A DNA stretch of 64,000 nt from a virus (Duplodnaviria; Caudoviricetes). Both the position numbers and the translations under genes were made by a program. The notes under the pieces were generated by a model. That model searched no databases. It was not told the DNA's origin and saw only the letters and a program-made list of their open reading frames with translations. Where the stretch lies: positions 14,219 to 78,218 of the IMG/VR virus record IMGVR_UViG_2773857766_000003; one strand, 5' to 3'. The stretch's first letter is position 1. Every line of letters starts with the position of its first letter. Below are positions 1-8,182 of this stretch, piece after piece.

Positions 1-1389
1 GGCCACGGTCACGGTGTTGCTTGGCTGATCGCGCAGATCTGGGACAGGCACAGTGCGGACCATGGCCTGCTCGGCCTGCGCCTGGGCCTTGCGGGAGACG
101 CCAGCCACCGCCATGCCGACCTGCGGGAGGTCGCAGATCACGGAGCGAGCAGTGCCCCGCCAGGTCACCACCGCGGCGCAGTCCGCCAGGCGCTGGAACT
201 TGTAGCCCATAGTGACCAGGTCAGCGTCCGTGACCGTGAAAACCGGTTGACCGTTTTGGGACACCGCGATGACGCAAGACGACTTGCCGCCCATGGTCAT
301 GCAGCCGGCGAGGTGCAAGCCGCGCGCCTCCATGGGCTCAAGAGGGCCTGCAGGGACGACCACGGCAGCAAGCGACGAGGCAGCAGGAGCCGAGGCGGCG
401 ACTGTCTGAGCTCCAGCTGGAGCAGCAGTGGCCACGACGGCCTGCGGGCGGGCTGCAGGGGACGCAGAGGCAGTTGGATCCACCAGCTTGCCACCCTGCA
501 TAACCATGAGCTTTGCCGGCTGTTGCACTGGCTTTTTGGGCTCCGGCGCAGGGCCGAAAATCTGCCAGCCCAACCAGATGAAGCCCACGCCGGACAGCGC
601 GAACATGATGCGCGAGGCACGACGCCATTTGACCGTGGACGGGGCGACATCCTGCGCGGCAGCTTCGATCACCGCAGCGCCCTGCGTATGGCTCTTGTAG
701 AAGCCGAAGAACTCGGGCTTGTAGGGCCGAATGTCACTGGACACCTCGCCACCGCGCAGGCCGGCGAAGACCTTGCGGACATACTCGTTCGGGCGGCCCA
801 GGAAGGCGACTTTGCGCACGCGGATGTGCATCTCGGCCAGGCCGGCGACGTCCTCTTCGAGAGCGCGCATGCGCTGGGTCATGAGCAGCACGTCGGCGCC
901 GAAATGCCGGCTGATCTTGAACCACTGGATGACCTCATCGGGCGTCATCTTGCCCTTGCGCAACTGCTCGCGAGGGAAAGACACATGGCACTCGTCGATG
1001 ACGTAGAGCGGGCCAATGTTGCCCTCGCCGCGCCAGGTGTCGTAGAAGTCCCAAACGCCAGCGAACAGGCGCTGATTGGACGGTGGAGGCACAGCCGGCA
1101 AGCCCTTGTGCGTGAGCTCGGGCACCACGCCATCGGGGAAGGTTCCGACCAGGTAGGCGGGCTCACCGCGGTTGGCGGCCTCCGCATCCCATGACCCAAG
1201 CACCGGCTGAGGGCCGCGGCGGATTTCCAGGAGCTCGGCCCAGTCCGGATTCACAGCGCGGATCGCCTCCAGGTTAAGGGGCAGGTTGGTCACGACCTTG
1301 CGGCCGGACTTAAGGGCCGGAATGACGTGGTAGGCCACGGCCTCATAGCTCTTCCCCGACCCGGGGACGCCTTCGAGCAAATTGATCAT
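1..1389 (-). CDS. Zot/pI-like assembly ATPase (3' end runs off the window)
   Basis: Translated by hand from ATG 1389: MINLLEGVPGSGKSYEAV (Walker A), RKVVTNLPLN, later YVIDECH (Walker B); absent from the ORF track, consistent with no stop inside the window. Confidence 0.93.
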   Translation of the reverse strand, partial: MINLLEGVPGSGKSYEAVAYHVIPALKSGRKVVTNLPLNLEAIRAVNPDWAELLEIRRGPQPVLGSWDAEAANRGEPAYLVGTFPDGVVPELTHKGLPAVPPPSNQRLFAGVWDFYDTWRGEGNIGPLYVIDECHVSFPREQLRKGKMTPDEVIQWFKISRHFGADVLLMTQRMRALEEDVAGLAEMHIRVRKVAFLGRPNEYVRKVFAGLRGGEVSSDIRPYKPEFFGFYKSHTQGAAVIEAAAQDVAPSTVKWRRASRIMFALSGVGFIWLGWQIFGPAPEPKKPVQQPAKLMVMQGGKLVDPTASASPAARPQAVVATAAPAGAQTVAASAPAASSLAAVVVPAGPLEPMEARGLHLAGCMTMGGKSSCVIAVSQNGQPVFTVTDADLVTMGYKFQRLADCAAVVTWRGTARSVICDLPQVGMAVAGVSRKAQAQAEQAMVRTVPVPDLRDQPSNTVTVA

Positions 1390-1769
1390 GATCCCAACCT
1401 CACGAACGGGATGAGCTGGAGCACCAGGCGGATGGCGATGGCCGCGGTGACGATGCCAAGGGCGGTGCCGAGGCCGATGGACTGCAACACGGTGATAACG
1501 TCGGGCGGCACGAGCGCCCATGTCTTTGCTGCTTCGGCGGCCATAGCGTCAAGACCGGTGATGCCATCGAGTGCTGATTTCGCGAGGGAGAGGCACTGCT
1601 CGAAGGCCCAAAGAAACACGTCCTGCAGGAGCGTGAGCCCTGCCTTGAACATGCGCGGGAAGAGCTCGAAGAACCAGTCGACGAACTGGTCCAGCTTGTC
1701 CACTACCTTCTGGATGCCCTTCACAACGGCGCTGATCGCCGCGGCTATACCCGAACTTTCTTCTGCCAT
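1386..1769 (-). CDS. pVI-like minor coat protein (DUF2523-like)
   Basis: MAEESSG...AIRLVLQLIPFVRLGS, hydrophobic; ATGA overlap with zot; lies between pIII and zot. Confidence 0.85.
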   Translation of the reverse strand: MAEESSGIAAAISAVVKGIQKVVDKLDQFVDWFFELFPRMFKAGLTLLQDVFLWAFEQCLSLAKSALDGITGLDAMAAEAAKTWALVPPDVITVLQSIGLGTALGIVTAAIAIRLVLQLIPFVRLGS

Positions 1770-1771
1770 TT

Positions 1772-3136
1772 TTACCCTCCAAACACGAGTGCGCGCGCGA
1801 GCCAGAGCGCGGTGATCAAGATGCACAGACGGATGAACGACCACACCATGGGAGGCGGGCTCACGTCGTAGGTGCCGAAGTTGACGATGCCGAGGTCCAG
1901 AGGCACGCGGAAGGACACGGGCGCGCCGTTGGTGTCGCGGATGGAAGGGGCAAAGGAGCCGGCCAACGTGGAAAGCTTGCCCTGTGAGCCGCCGAGACCG
2001 GATGCGTCCCACACGCCTTTGATGCCACCTGGATACTTGGTCTGGTAGAGGTCTGGCTGCTTGTGGTCTTTGCCACCAGTGACGCTGCCAGGGTCGCCGC
2101 CATTCCCGCAGTTTTCCTTGCAGTCGCCACCGCCTGTGCCACCGCCTGTGCCACCGCCCGTGCCACCGCCTGTGCCTCCGCCTGTGCCGCCGCCCGTGCC
2201 ACCGCCCGTGCCGCCGCCCGTGCCACCGCCCGTGCCACCGCCAGTGCCACCGCCCGTGCCACCGCCTGTGCCGCCGCCCGTGCCACCGCCCGTGCCACCG
2301 CCAGTGCCTCCGCCAGTGCCTCCGCCAGTGCCGCCGCCAGTACCGCCGCCAGTACCGCCGCCAGTACCGCCCCCAGTGCCATCACCGGACCCGGTGCCGC
2401 CACCTGTACTACCACCAGTGCCACCGCCTGACCCGTCACCGGAACCAGTACCACCGCCAGTGCCGCCGCCAGTGCCGCCGCCCGTGCCGCCGCCCGTGCC
2501 GCCGCCTGTGCCGTCGCCGGACCCGGTACCGCCGCCAGTGCCACCGCCAGTGCTGCCACCGCTCCCCGAGTTGGGGACGCAGGCCTCAACGCCGTTGACG
2601 TAGCCACCGGACATGCCGGACGGGCATGGTGGCGGGTTGGTGGTGGGCGGATCGCCAGATGCGGAGCTGCACGATGCGCCGGTCAGCTTGCCGGACATGC
2701 GGGTCTTGTAGGTGCACGCGCTGGTGCCAGTGCCTGAGCACTCAAGCACGGGAGTAACGGCGCTCATGTCCGCCAGACAGCCCTGGACACAAGTCCTGAA
2801 CGAGCCGCGAGAACCGGGGTAGTCGAGCTCGCCAGTTGACTCACCTGCTGTGCACGCGGTCTCTTCGCGGCCGACGGTCAAACGATCGGTCCACGATCCA
2901 TTTGCGCTGGAGGAGGAGATAGTGCAAACCGCAGTGGTAGCGAACTCCTGCACCGCAGAGACCGACGACGAAACGCCCGGATTCGAAGATGCGTTCTTCG
3001 TTATGTGGGCCTGACAAGCAGCGGTCGCACTGGGGTACCAGGCGTCGCCATATTGGTACCGCACACCGGCGTTTGACGTGCCAACACCGGCCAGGAGCAC
3101 GACCAGGAGAGACAAGAACTTTGACGATCTAAGCAT
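1772..3136 (-). CDS. pIII-like adsorption protein
   Basis: Signal peptide MLRSSKFLSLLVVLLAGVGTSNA, Cys-rich N domain, long Gly/Thr linker, C-terminal TM anchor. Confidence 0.9.
   Translation of the reverse strand: MLRSSKFLSLLVVLLAGVGTSNAGVRYQYGDAWYPSATAACQAHITKNASSNPGVSSSVSAVQEFATTAVCTISSSSANGSWTDRLTVGREETACTAGESTGELDYPGSRGSFRTCVQGCLADMSAVTPVLECSGTGTSACTYKTRMSGKLTGASCSSASGDPPTTNPPPCPSGMSGGYVNGVEACVPNSGSGGSTGGGTGGGTGSGDGTGGGTGGGTGGGTGGGTGGGTGSGDGSGGGTGGSTGGGTGSGDGTGGGTGGGTGGGTGGGTGGGTGGGTGGGTGGGTGGGTGGGTGGGTGGGTGGGTGGGTGGGTGGGTGGGTGGGTGGGTGGGTGGGDCKENCGNGGDPGSVTGGKDHKQPDLYQTKYPGGIKGVWDASGLGGSQGKLSTLAGSFAPSIRDTNGAPVSFRVPLDLGIVNFGTYDVSPPPMVWSFIRLCILITALWLARALVFGG
2125..2560 (-). repeat. 12-bp tandem repeat encoding a (GGGT)n linker of pIII
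   Basis: gtgccaccgccc-type units, about 21 uninterrupted plus further units broken by GSGD. Confidence 0.95.
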
Positions 3137-3227
3137 TGCGCACCTGCAGAGCAAAAACAAGGGCGCTGACCGCCCCAATCACGGCCACCAGGGCCAGGAA
3201 GAGAGCGAGCAGCGCCCCTATCAGCAT
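3129..3227 (-). CDS. 32-aa hydrophobic protein, probable minor coat (pVII/pIX-like)
   Basis: MLIGALLALFLALVAVIGAVSALVFALQVRNA; purine-rich RBS upstream; fills the gap between pVIII and pIII; below the ORF-track cutoff. Confidence 0.7.
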   Translation of the reverse strand: MLIGALLALFLALVAVIGAVSALVFALQVRNA

Positions 3228-3237
3228 GGGCCTACCC

Positions 3238-3372
3238 TCAGGCCTTTTTCACGCCACGCTTGCCCAGGTCGATGCCCTTGAAGGCCATGTGGATGCCGAT
3301 GACGGCGACACCGATGACACCCACGGCCGCGGCGACGGTCTTGAAATCCACTGCTGCAAAGATTGCGTCCAT
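3238..3372 (-). CDS. Major coat protein pVIII-like (44 aa, no leader peptide)
   Basis: MDAIFAAVDF, hydrophobic core, basic tail KRGVKKA; GGAG RBS. Confidence 0.88.
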   Translation of the reverse strand: MDAIFAAVDFKTVAAAVGVIGVAVIGIHMAFKGIDLGKRGVKKA

Positions 3373-3457
3373 TTTCAAACTCCAGAAAAAAATCGGTGTT
3401 CCGGGGAATCCGGTTTGCACCCATCAACCCCGCACGCGAGGCTGATAGTTGCATTGG

Positions 3458-3670
3458 TCAGGCCTTGGAAATCAGCTTGATCGCGAGGCTGATGCAGTAG
3501 CCGAGGAACCACCACAGGACCACGCTGCCGGCGCCAAACACGTATGCCGCAGCCACCACCTCGGGTGTGAGGCCCAGGGCGGCGAAGTCCTCCGCCTGGG
3601 TGAAGCTCAGCAAGGCTTGCTGATCGGGCGGGCACGGCGCCTGTGCGACGTTGCAAACGAGGATGTGCAT
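3458..3670 (-). CDS. Minor coat protein (pVII/pIX-like)
   Basis: 70 aa with C-terminal TM, immediately upstream of pVIII. Confidence 0.7.
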   Translation of the reverse strand: MHILVCNVAQAPCPPDQQALLSFTQAEDFAALGLTPEVVAAAYVFGAGSVVLWWFLGYCISLAIKLISKA

Positions 3671-3672
3671 GG

Positions 3673-3819
3673 TCAGCCGGTGAAGTCGTCCAACATGCCG
3701 CCAGAGCCGCAGTCAGGGCAGACGAGCCAGTCCTCGCCGCCCGCGCTGTCGTCGCCATCGAAAAATTCATCCAGCGGGCCTTTGTGGTCGCAATGCGGGC
3801 ATTCCGCCTGATCATCCAT
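3673..3819 (-). CDS. 48-aa acidic zinc-ribbon microprotein
   Basis: MDDQAECPHC...VCPDCG; strong GGGAGG RBS before ATG 3819. Confidence 0.7.
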   Translation of the reverse strand: MDDQAECPHCDHKGPLDEFFDGDDSAGGEDWLVCPDCGSGGMLDDFTG

Positions 3820-3886
3820 GGGTACCTCCCTCTGCCGTGCAAATGCACTCGGAGGCCCTCCCGGGCGGGAGGGCAACCGGCTGCAC

Positions 3887-4195
3887 TCAGGCGGCACGGG
3901 GAGCGGCTGCAGGCTGCTGCGCAGCAGCCTTGACGGGCACCACGGACACGATCTCCTGGCGGCGTTGGCCGTAGCGCATAACGTCCTGCATTTCGAGCTC
4001 GCAGACGACGGGGAGCTCGATGCCATCGAGCTTGCGCAGCACCACAGGTTCGCATTGGTACTCACTGCCCATGAGGCCGCGTGCCCCCTTCCCCACGATG
4101 GGGAGCGCGCAGAACAGCTTGCCGATGGCATAGGGCTGCCCTGTCTTCTTGCTGACGCCCTCGGAAATCTCGATACCGATCACATGTGCTTTCAT
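3887..4195 (-). CDS. ssDNA-binding protein (pV-like)
   Basis: GVSKKTGQPY hairpin motif, 102 aa, follows rep with ATGA overlap. Confidence 0.85.
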   Translation of the reverse strand: MKAHVIGIEISEGVSKKTGQPYAIGKLFCALPIVGKGARGLMGSEYQCEPVVLRKLDGIELPVVCELEMQDVMRYGQRRQEIVSVVPVKAAAQQPAAAPRAA

Positions 4196-5217
4196 GGCCT
4201 TTTCTCCTGTGATGCGACAGACGACGCCGCGATGAATCCGGCCAGGGTGGCCTTTTCCAGTCGTCTTGGGACGCCTGGCCGGTCAAATAAGTCGAGGATT
4301 TGGTCAGCGGGCACGTGGCCGCGCATGACGTGCACGAGCTTTCCGTAGCCGACGCTGGCGTGGTGGACCATCGTTTCGAGGCTGAGCTCGCCTTCCTTCT
4401 GGTGGGTGGCGATGCGCTCGCCAGCGGCAGGCAGCAGGCGCTGCAGGCACTCGTAGGCGCCGACGAAGTACTCATCACAGCGGGTGAGCACGTCGAGCGG
4501 CACGTCGCGATCCTTGTTGCGGATTTCGACCTCGAAGCGCGTCCACTTGTCGCCGCTACCTGGTGCGAGCTGGAGGCCCTTTTCGTAGGCGCGGAGCATC
4601 TTTCCGTTCTCGCGGCGGCCAATCTCCAGCGTGCGGCCGTAGAACGGTTCGGGTGACAGCCAGTCGCCGGGTGTGCTGTGGCGCGGCGGGCGGCCCTCGC
4701 CGGCGGTGAACTCGCCGGCCTCCATCCAGGCCCGGGCGTCCTCGACGGTGAACTCGCCATTGAGGCAATCGACGGCCAAGTCAACGCGCGTGATCGTCGT
4801 TTCCCACTGGCGGCCCAGCCACTCCTGCATGCCCTGCCAGTCGCTGATGCGGCTGCAGGCAGTGCCGGAGAGGTCCAGGCGCGCACGGCCACGCATGCGC
4901 TCACCGCCCCAGTCGAGGAGCGCCACCTGGTGGCGTGCGCCATCGTCCAGGCGGACGTACAGGCGGGCTCCCTCGGCGAAACCGAAATGGCCACGGCCAG
5001 CCTCGGCCTCCACCTTGAGCCCGAAGCCATGGAGCAGGTCCAGAACCGTCGCCACGACGTGTTCGTCGGGCTCGGGCTTCCACGTCGCGGTCAACCAATC
5101 GACCTTCGCGCGCTGCTTGGAGGTTTCCCCTAGTGTTACAGCACTAGGGGACGGGGCGGCGCGCAGCGCCTCCCCGCTGCGCGGGGCCCCTCCGCGCGCC
5201 GCCATGCGGCCGCTCAT
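4192..5217 (-). CDS. Rolling-circle replication initiator, Rep_trans family
   Basis: VDWLT, ITRVDLAVD, LRAYEKG, WTRFEVE motifs; start chosen at the ATGA overlap (5217). Confidence 0.92.
   Translation of the reverse strand: MSGRMAARGGAPRSGEALRAAPSPSAVTLGETSKQRAKVDWLTATWKPEPDEHVVATVLDLLHGFGLKVEAEAGRGHFGFAEGARLYVRLDDGARHQVALLDWGGERMRGRARLDLSGTACSRISDWQGMQEWLGRQWETTITRVDLAVDCLNGEFTVEDARAWMEAGEFTAGEGRPPRHSTPGDWLSPEPFYGRTLEIGRRENGKMLRAYEKGLQLAPGSGDKWTRFEVEIRNKDRDVPLDVLTRCDEYFVGAYECLQRLLPAAGERIATHQKEGELSLETMVHHASVGYGKLVHVMRGHVPADQILDLFDRPGVPRRLEKATLAGFIAASSVASQEKRP
5127..5150 (-). promoter_or_regulatory. Probable double-strand origin (nick hairpin) inside rep
   Basis: Perfect IR CCCCTAGTG-ttacag-CACTAGGGG; GTAA-containing loop near the 5' end of rep, as for Rep_trans/MOBT nick sites. 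Confidence 0.7.
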
Positions 5218-5426
5218 CGGGTGGCCTCCACGGTGGCGGTAAAAGGCGTGTCCCAGCGGACAGTGCAGCCGCTCTTGCGCAGCTGTGCGACGTAGCCTTC
5301 GAAGGCCTGCAGGGACGTGAAGCGCTTGATGCGGTGGCCGTGGGCCAGCATGCCCGGCGGGCATGCAATCTCGTAGCTCTTGGGCATGTGGATAAGGGCC
5401 GAGCCGGCCATGGGTGCGGTGCTCAT
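5214..5426 (-). CDS. Hypothetical inovirus protein
   Basis: ATGA-coupled to neighbours on both sides. Confidence 0.65.
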   Translation of the reverse strand: MSTAPMAGSALIHMPKSYEIACPPGMLAHGHRIKRFTSLQAFEGYVAQLRKSGCTVRWDTPFTATVEATR

Positions 5427-5893
5427 GCGCGACGATCCCCAGGACGGGGAGGCATGCCATTGGCGCGGCGGCGGAACGCTGCGGCGCGCAGCAGATCAGG
5501 ATCGCCAGAGGCTTCCTCGTTGGTGATCAACTGCTCCACCATCAGGCGGCGATGCTTGGCAACCGTCATCGGCTTGCCTTCGTACATCTCCCCCACAGCG
5601 GGGAACACGCGGTCATCGACCAGGCGCGGCTCCAGGTCCTGCGCCTGGCTCTCCAGCAGATCGCGCTGACGGGCCAGGAACGCGAGCTGGGCCTCGCCGG
5701 GCTTGCGCTGCAGCTTGTGGCTATTGCAGATGCCGCCGCTGGTCACTTCGAGCTGGTGCAGCGTGCAGGCCGTGCGCGGGGCGATGATGGGCGAGTCATG
5801 GCGCGTCACCTCGAAGTGCGCGCAGTTGCGGCAGCCTGGCCGCTCTCCCGGGGTCTGGTAGCCAACCTGGTGGTGCTTGGCGACGAGCCTCAT
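5423..5893 (-). CDS. Hypothetical Cys-containing inovirus protein
   Basis: CRNCAHF...C...C motif; ATGA coupling. Confidence 0.65.
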   Translation of the reverse strand: MRLVAKHHQVGYQTPGERPGCRNCAHFEVTRHDSPIIAPRTACTLHQLEVTSGGICNSHKLQRKPGEAQLAFLARQRDLLESQAQDLEPRLVDDRVFPAVGEMYEGKPMTVAKHRRLMVEQLITNEEASGDPDLLRAAAFRRRANGMPPRPGDRRA

Positions 5894-6429
5894 GCTTCAC
5901 CCCAGCCATTACCATGTTCCCCTTTTTGGGGAGGGATAAAAATGGGGTTACTTGCCTTCGGATTGCTGTTGCCGCTTGCCGCTGCAATAGCTGGATTAAT
6001 GCTGACGTATTGGGTGCTGTACGCAGCGATCAAAAACGGCATGACAGCAGCCTTGAGCACCATCAGGTACCCAACGCAGCGGCCACTTGGTGCAATGGCG
6101 ACGCCATCGCGAGAAGCGCCACCTGGCTTCCGTTGGGTCCTGGTGCCGTCGGACGCAATGCCCGAAGCTGCAGTGCCAATGCAAGACATAAGAGCCGACA
6201 GGTGAATGCCCGCCCCCTGCCCGGCACCGGCCGCAGCCGCCAAGCTTTGAGCCGGTGCCGTTGGTGGCAGGGGTGGGCAAACCAGGGTCAGGCTGGAGAC
6301 GTGGCGGTAGCCGTACCAGGAGCCGTCGGCGGCCTGCAGTGCGGCTACGTTGCCCTCCAGGGCGCGGACTGTGAGCTCGATTTGGTCGGCGGTCAGGACG
6401 ACGGCGCCGGGGGTGATTTGGTGGTGCAT
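5890..6429 (-). CDS. First gene of the inovirus operon, hypothetical; 3' part overlaps an antisense ORF
   Basis: ATG just after the control region; stop coupled (ATGA) to the next gene. Confidence 0.45.
   Translation of the reverse strand: MHHQITPGAVVLTADQIELTVRALEGNVAALQAADGSWYGYRHVSSLTLVCPPLPPTAPAQSLAAAAGAGQGAGIHLSALMSCIGTAASGIASDGTRTQRKPGGASRDGVAIAPSGRCVGYLMVLKAAVMPFLIAAYSTQYVSINPAIAAASGNSNPKASNPIFIPPQKGEHGNGWGEA
5942..6205 (+). CDS. Small membrane protein, antisense accessory gene
   Basis: GGGAGGGA RBS, N-terminal TM (MGLLAFGLLLPLAAAIAGLMLTYWVLYAA), locally lower GC. Confidence 0.6.
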   Translation: MGLLAFGLLLPLAAAIAGLMLTYWVLYAAIKNGMTAALSTIRYPTQRPLGAMATPSREAPPGFRWVLVPSDAMPEAAVPMQDIRADR

Positions 6430-6435
6430 GGCGGC

Positions 6436-6513
6436 TGCTTAAAATTAGCAATCCGCTACCGGATGCAGATTGCAACCGGAATGTAACCTTACCTATTGCA
6501 ATTTGCAACCACC
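6436..6513. promoter_or_regulatory. Divergent promoter/operator region of the inovirus
   Basis: AT-richer intergenic segment with repeated TTGCAA/TTGCAACC boxes between divergent genes. Confidence 0.6.
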
Positions 6514-6846
6514 ATGACCCTCGAAGAACTCTCCGACCTGATCGAGCGAGCATCAACTGCAGCCGGCAGCCAACGCAAATTGGCGGCCATGCTCGACACC
6601 ACGGGGCCGACATTGATCCAAATGAAACAGGGGAAAAGGCCTGCGAACTGGCGTGTCCGGGGCAAGCTCCGCGCAATCCTGGGTGAAGACCCAGCGCACG
6701 CGTTCGTCGCGGCCATGGCGGAGGACTTAGCCATGTCCGAACATGAGGACGAAAAAAAAGCCGCCGATGGCCTTGAGGCCATGCTGGCAGCTTTTCCTGA
6801 TTGGCGGAAACGGAGGGATTCGAACCCTAGCGACCCCGAATCCTAG
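6514..6846 (+). CDS. Inovirus HTH repressor; C-terminus crosses the att site
   Basis: GSQRKLAAMLDTTGPTLIQMKQGKRP Cro/C1-type HTH; tail WRKRRDSNP is translated antisense tRNA sequence. Confidence 0.85.
   Translation: MTLEELSDLIERASTAAGSQRKLAAMLDTTGPTLIQMKQGKRPANWRVRGKLRAILGEDPAHAFVAAMAEDLAMSEHEDEKKAADGLEAMLAAFPDWRKRRDSNPSDPES
6802..6827 (-). other. att site: 3'-terminal 26 nt of a tRNA (probably Ser), not a full tRNA
   Basis: Reverse complement GGGTTCGAATCCCTCCGTTTCCGCCA = T-loop, acceptor strand, G73 and CCA; flanking sequence is not tRNA-like. Confidence 0.9.
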
Positions 6847-6904
6847 CGTACCGCAGCGTAGCTCCTAGAGGGATAGGGCTACGCCTGGGTACGCTGTAAT
6901 TCGC

Positions 6905-7183
6905 TCATTTTGGGGCAGATTTAGGGATGGCTCCCAGCCCCGACCCCGCCCGCAGGCGGGGGGCTACCCAGTACACCCAGAAGCCCCGGACCCACGCCAG
7001 GGCGTACAAGACCGACACCGCGAAGACGCCCCACTGGTCGGCGTGCCAGGACGCCCAGAACCAGAACGGCTGTCCCACGATGCCGAAGATGCAAGCCCAC
7101 CGGCGGGCCGCTTCCGTGCTGGCCTGCGACAGGAACGCGGCCGCAGCGCCGAGCAAGGCGATTGCAATCTGGTCGATGGTCAT
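6905..7183 (-). CDS. Small multi-TM membrane protein (PnuC-like fragment family)
   Basis: Three hydrophobic helices, G..GQPFWF motif. Confidence 0.7.
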   Translation of the reverse strand: MTIDQIAIALLGAAAAFLSQASTEAARRWACIFGIVGQPFWFWASWHADQWGVFAVSVLYALAWVRGFWVYWVAPRLRAGSGLGAIPKSAPK

Positions 7184-7216
7184 GAATGGATGATACTGGA
7201 CAAACATCCAGCATCA

Positions 7217-7612
7217 TCAACCCCACCAGCCAGCCCCGACCACCGAGAAGAAGATGCCCGGGATGAATAGAAGGCGGAACAGCCCATCTCGGGCTATTTC
7301 ATCTGGAAGGGAGCCATCCCAGGAGCCCATCCGCTCTTGGATCGCGAGCCATGTCCCCCACCCGGCGAGCCATATTCCGATGACGGAGCACAGTTTTCCC
7401 ACGTCCAGGGGAAATGATGGATGCGCCTTGCCTGCAGCGAACAGTGCGCACCATCCCAGAGCAGCCATCAACGCAACCCATCCTGCGCTCTTCCAGAGGT
7501 CAACGAACACAGCGCGTGAGCGTGCCACCTGTTTCGGGTTCTCATGTGCGCGGACGGACTGCATCCAGAAGGCATGCTGGAGAGCCTGGGCGAACATTCC
7601 GGAATTCTTCAT
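7217..7612 (-). CDS. Hypothetical 3-TM membrane protein
   Basis: Hydrophobic segments, lower GC, RBS GAGGG. Confidence 0.7.
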   Translation of the reverse strand: MKNSGMFAQALQHAFWMQSVRAHENPKQVARSRAVFVDLWKSAGWVALMAALGWCALFAAGKAHPSFPLDVGKLCSVIGIWLAGWGTWLAIQERMGSWDGSLPDEIARDGLFRLLFIPGIFFSVVGAGWWG

Positions 7613-7619
7613 GCCGCCC

Positions 7620-7880
7620 TCAGAACTGTGATGCCACGCTCAGCAGCTTCAGCGCCAGCGTTTCGGCATCGTGCCGCATGGCGGTCAGGGTGGTGGTGCC
7701 GATGCAGATGGCGCCGTACCAAATGTGGAAGCCCCGGGCGCCGTACCCACGGGCGGCCGCTTCCCGGATGGCGCCTGCGATGGTCGTTGCCGTGAACTCG
7801 TCCACTTCTGTGCCGCCGTCCTCAATGTGCACGTCGTAGATGCCGGAGCCAGCCTTGACGATATTGAGGGATGGGATCAT
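7620..7880 (-). CDS. Hypothetical protein
   Basis: ATGA-coupled to the upstream ORF. Confidence 0.65.
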   Translation of the reverse strand: MIPSLNIVKAGSGIYDVHIEDGGTEVDEFTATTIAGAIREAAARGYGARGFHIWYGAICIGTTTLTAMRHDAETLALKLLSVASQF

Positions 7881-8122
7881 TCGGCATCCTCGGCGGGGGC
7901 TTCCACCTCCTCCACACTGGTGATGGCGAAGCCTAACTCTGCAAGCCGCTCGACACGGGTTGCGCCGCGTCGTCCGTCCGGAGTCAGGTCTTGCGACCGC
8001 TGCGCTTGCTCAATAAGCCGCTGGGCCACGTCTTCGACGGTCCATTCCTCTTCGACGGGATGAGAAAACTCCAGCATGGCGCCGTCGGCGCGCATCGCGG
8101 TGTACACCTTGATCTTCGGCAT
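7877..8122 (-). CDS. Hypothetical acidic protein
   Basis: AGGAGGG RBS before ATG. Confidence 0.7.
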   Translation of the reverse strand: MPKIKVYTAMRADGAMLEFSHPVEEEWTVEDVAQRLIEQAQRSQDLTPDGRRGATRVERLAELGFAITSVEEVEAPAEDAE

Positions 8123-8154
8123 GTGCCCTCCTGTTGTGCCCAGAAGGATAGCTC

Positions 8155-8179
8155 AGCGGCAGGCACTATGCCTGCCGCT
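8155..8179. terminator. Hairpin after the giant gene
   Basis: Perfect 11-bp IR AGCGGCAGGCA-cta-TGCCTGCCGCT; no clear U-tract. Confidence 0.5.
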
Positions 8180-8182
8180 CCA

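Larger units (their letters stand above)
1..6846. mobile_element. Filamentous (inovirus) prophage, RSM/RSS-like organisation, truncated by the left window edge
   Basis: Gene order rep-ssb-small coats-pVIII-pIII-pVI-zot on the minus strand, with a divergent repressor ending at a tRNA 3' fragment. Confidence 0.95.

Noticed and set aside
1-1389. Zot as an enterotoxin
   Set aside because: In this context it is the ordinary inovirus assembly ATPase; nothing supports toxin activity.
2061-2603. (PPPV)n and Ala-rich ORFs
   Set aside because: Alternative frames and strand of the pIII Gly repeat.
6802-6890. A complete tRNA gene
   Set aside because: Only the T-loop, acceptor 3' strand and CCA are present; no anticodon or D arm.
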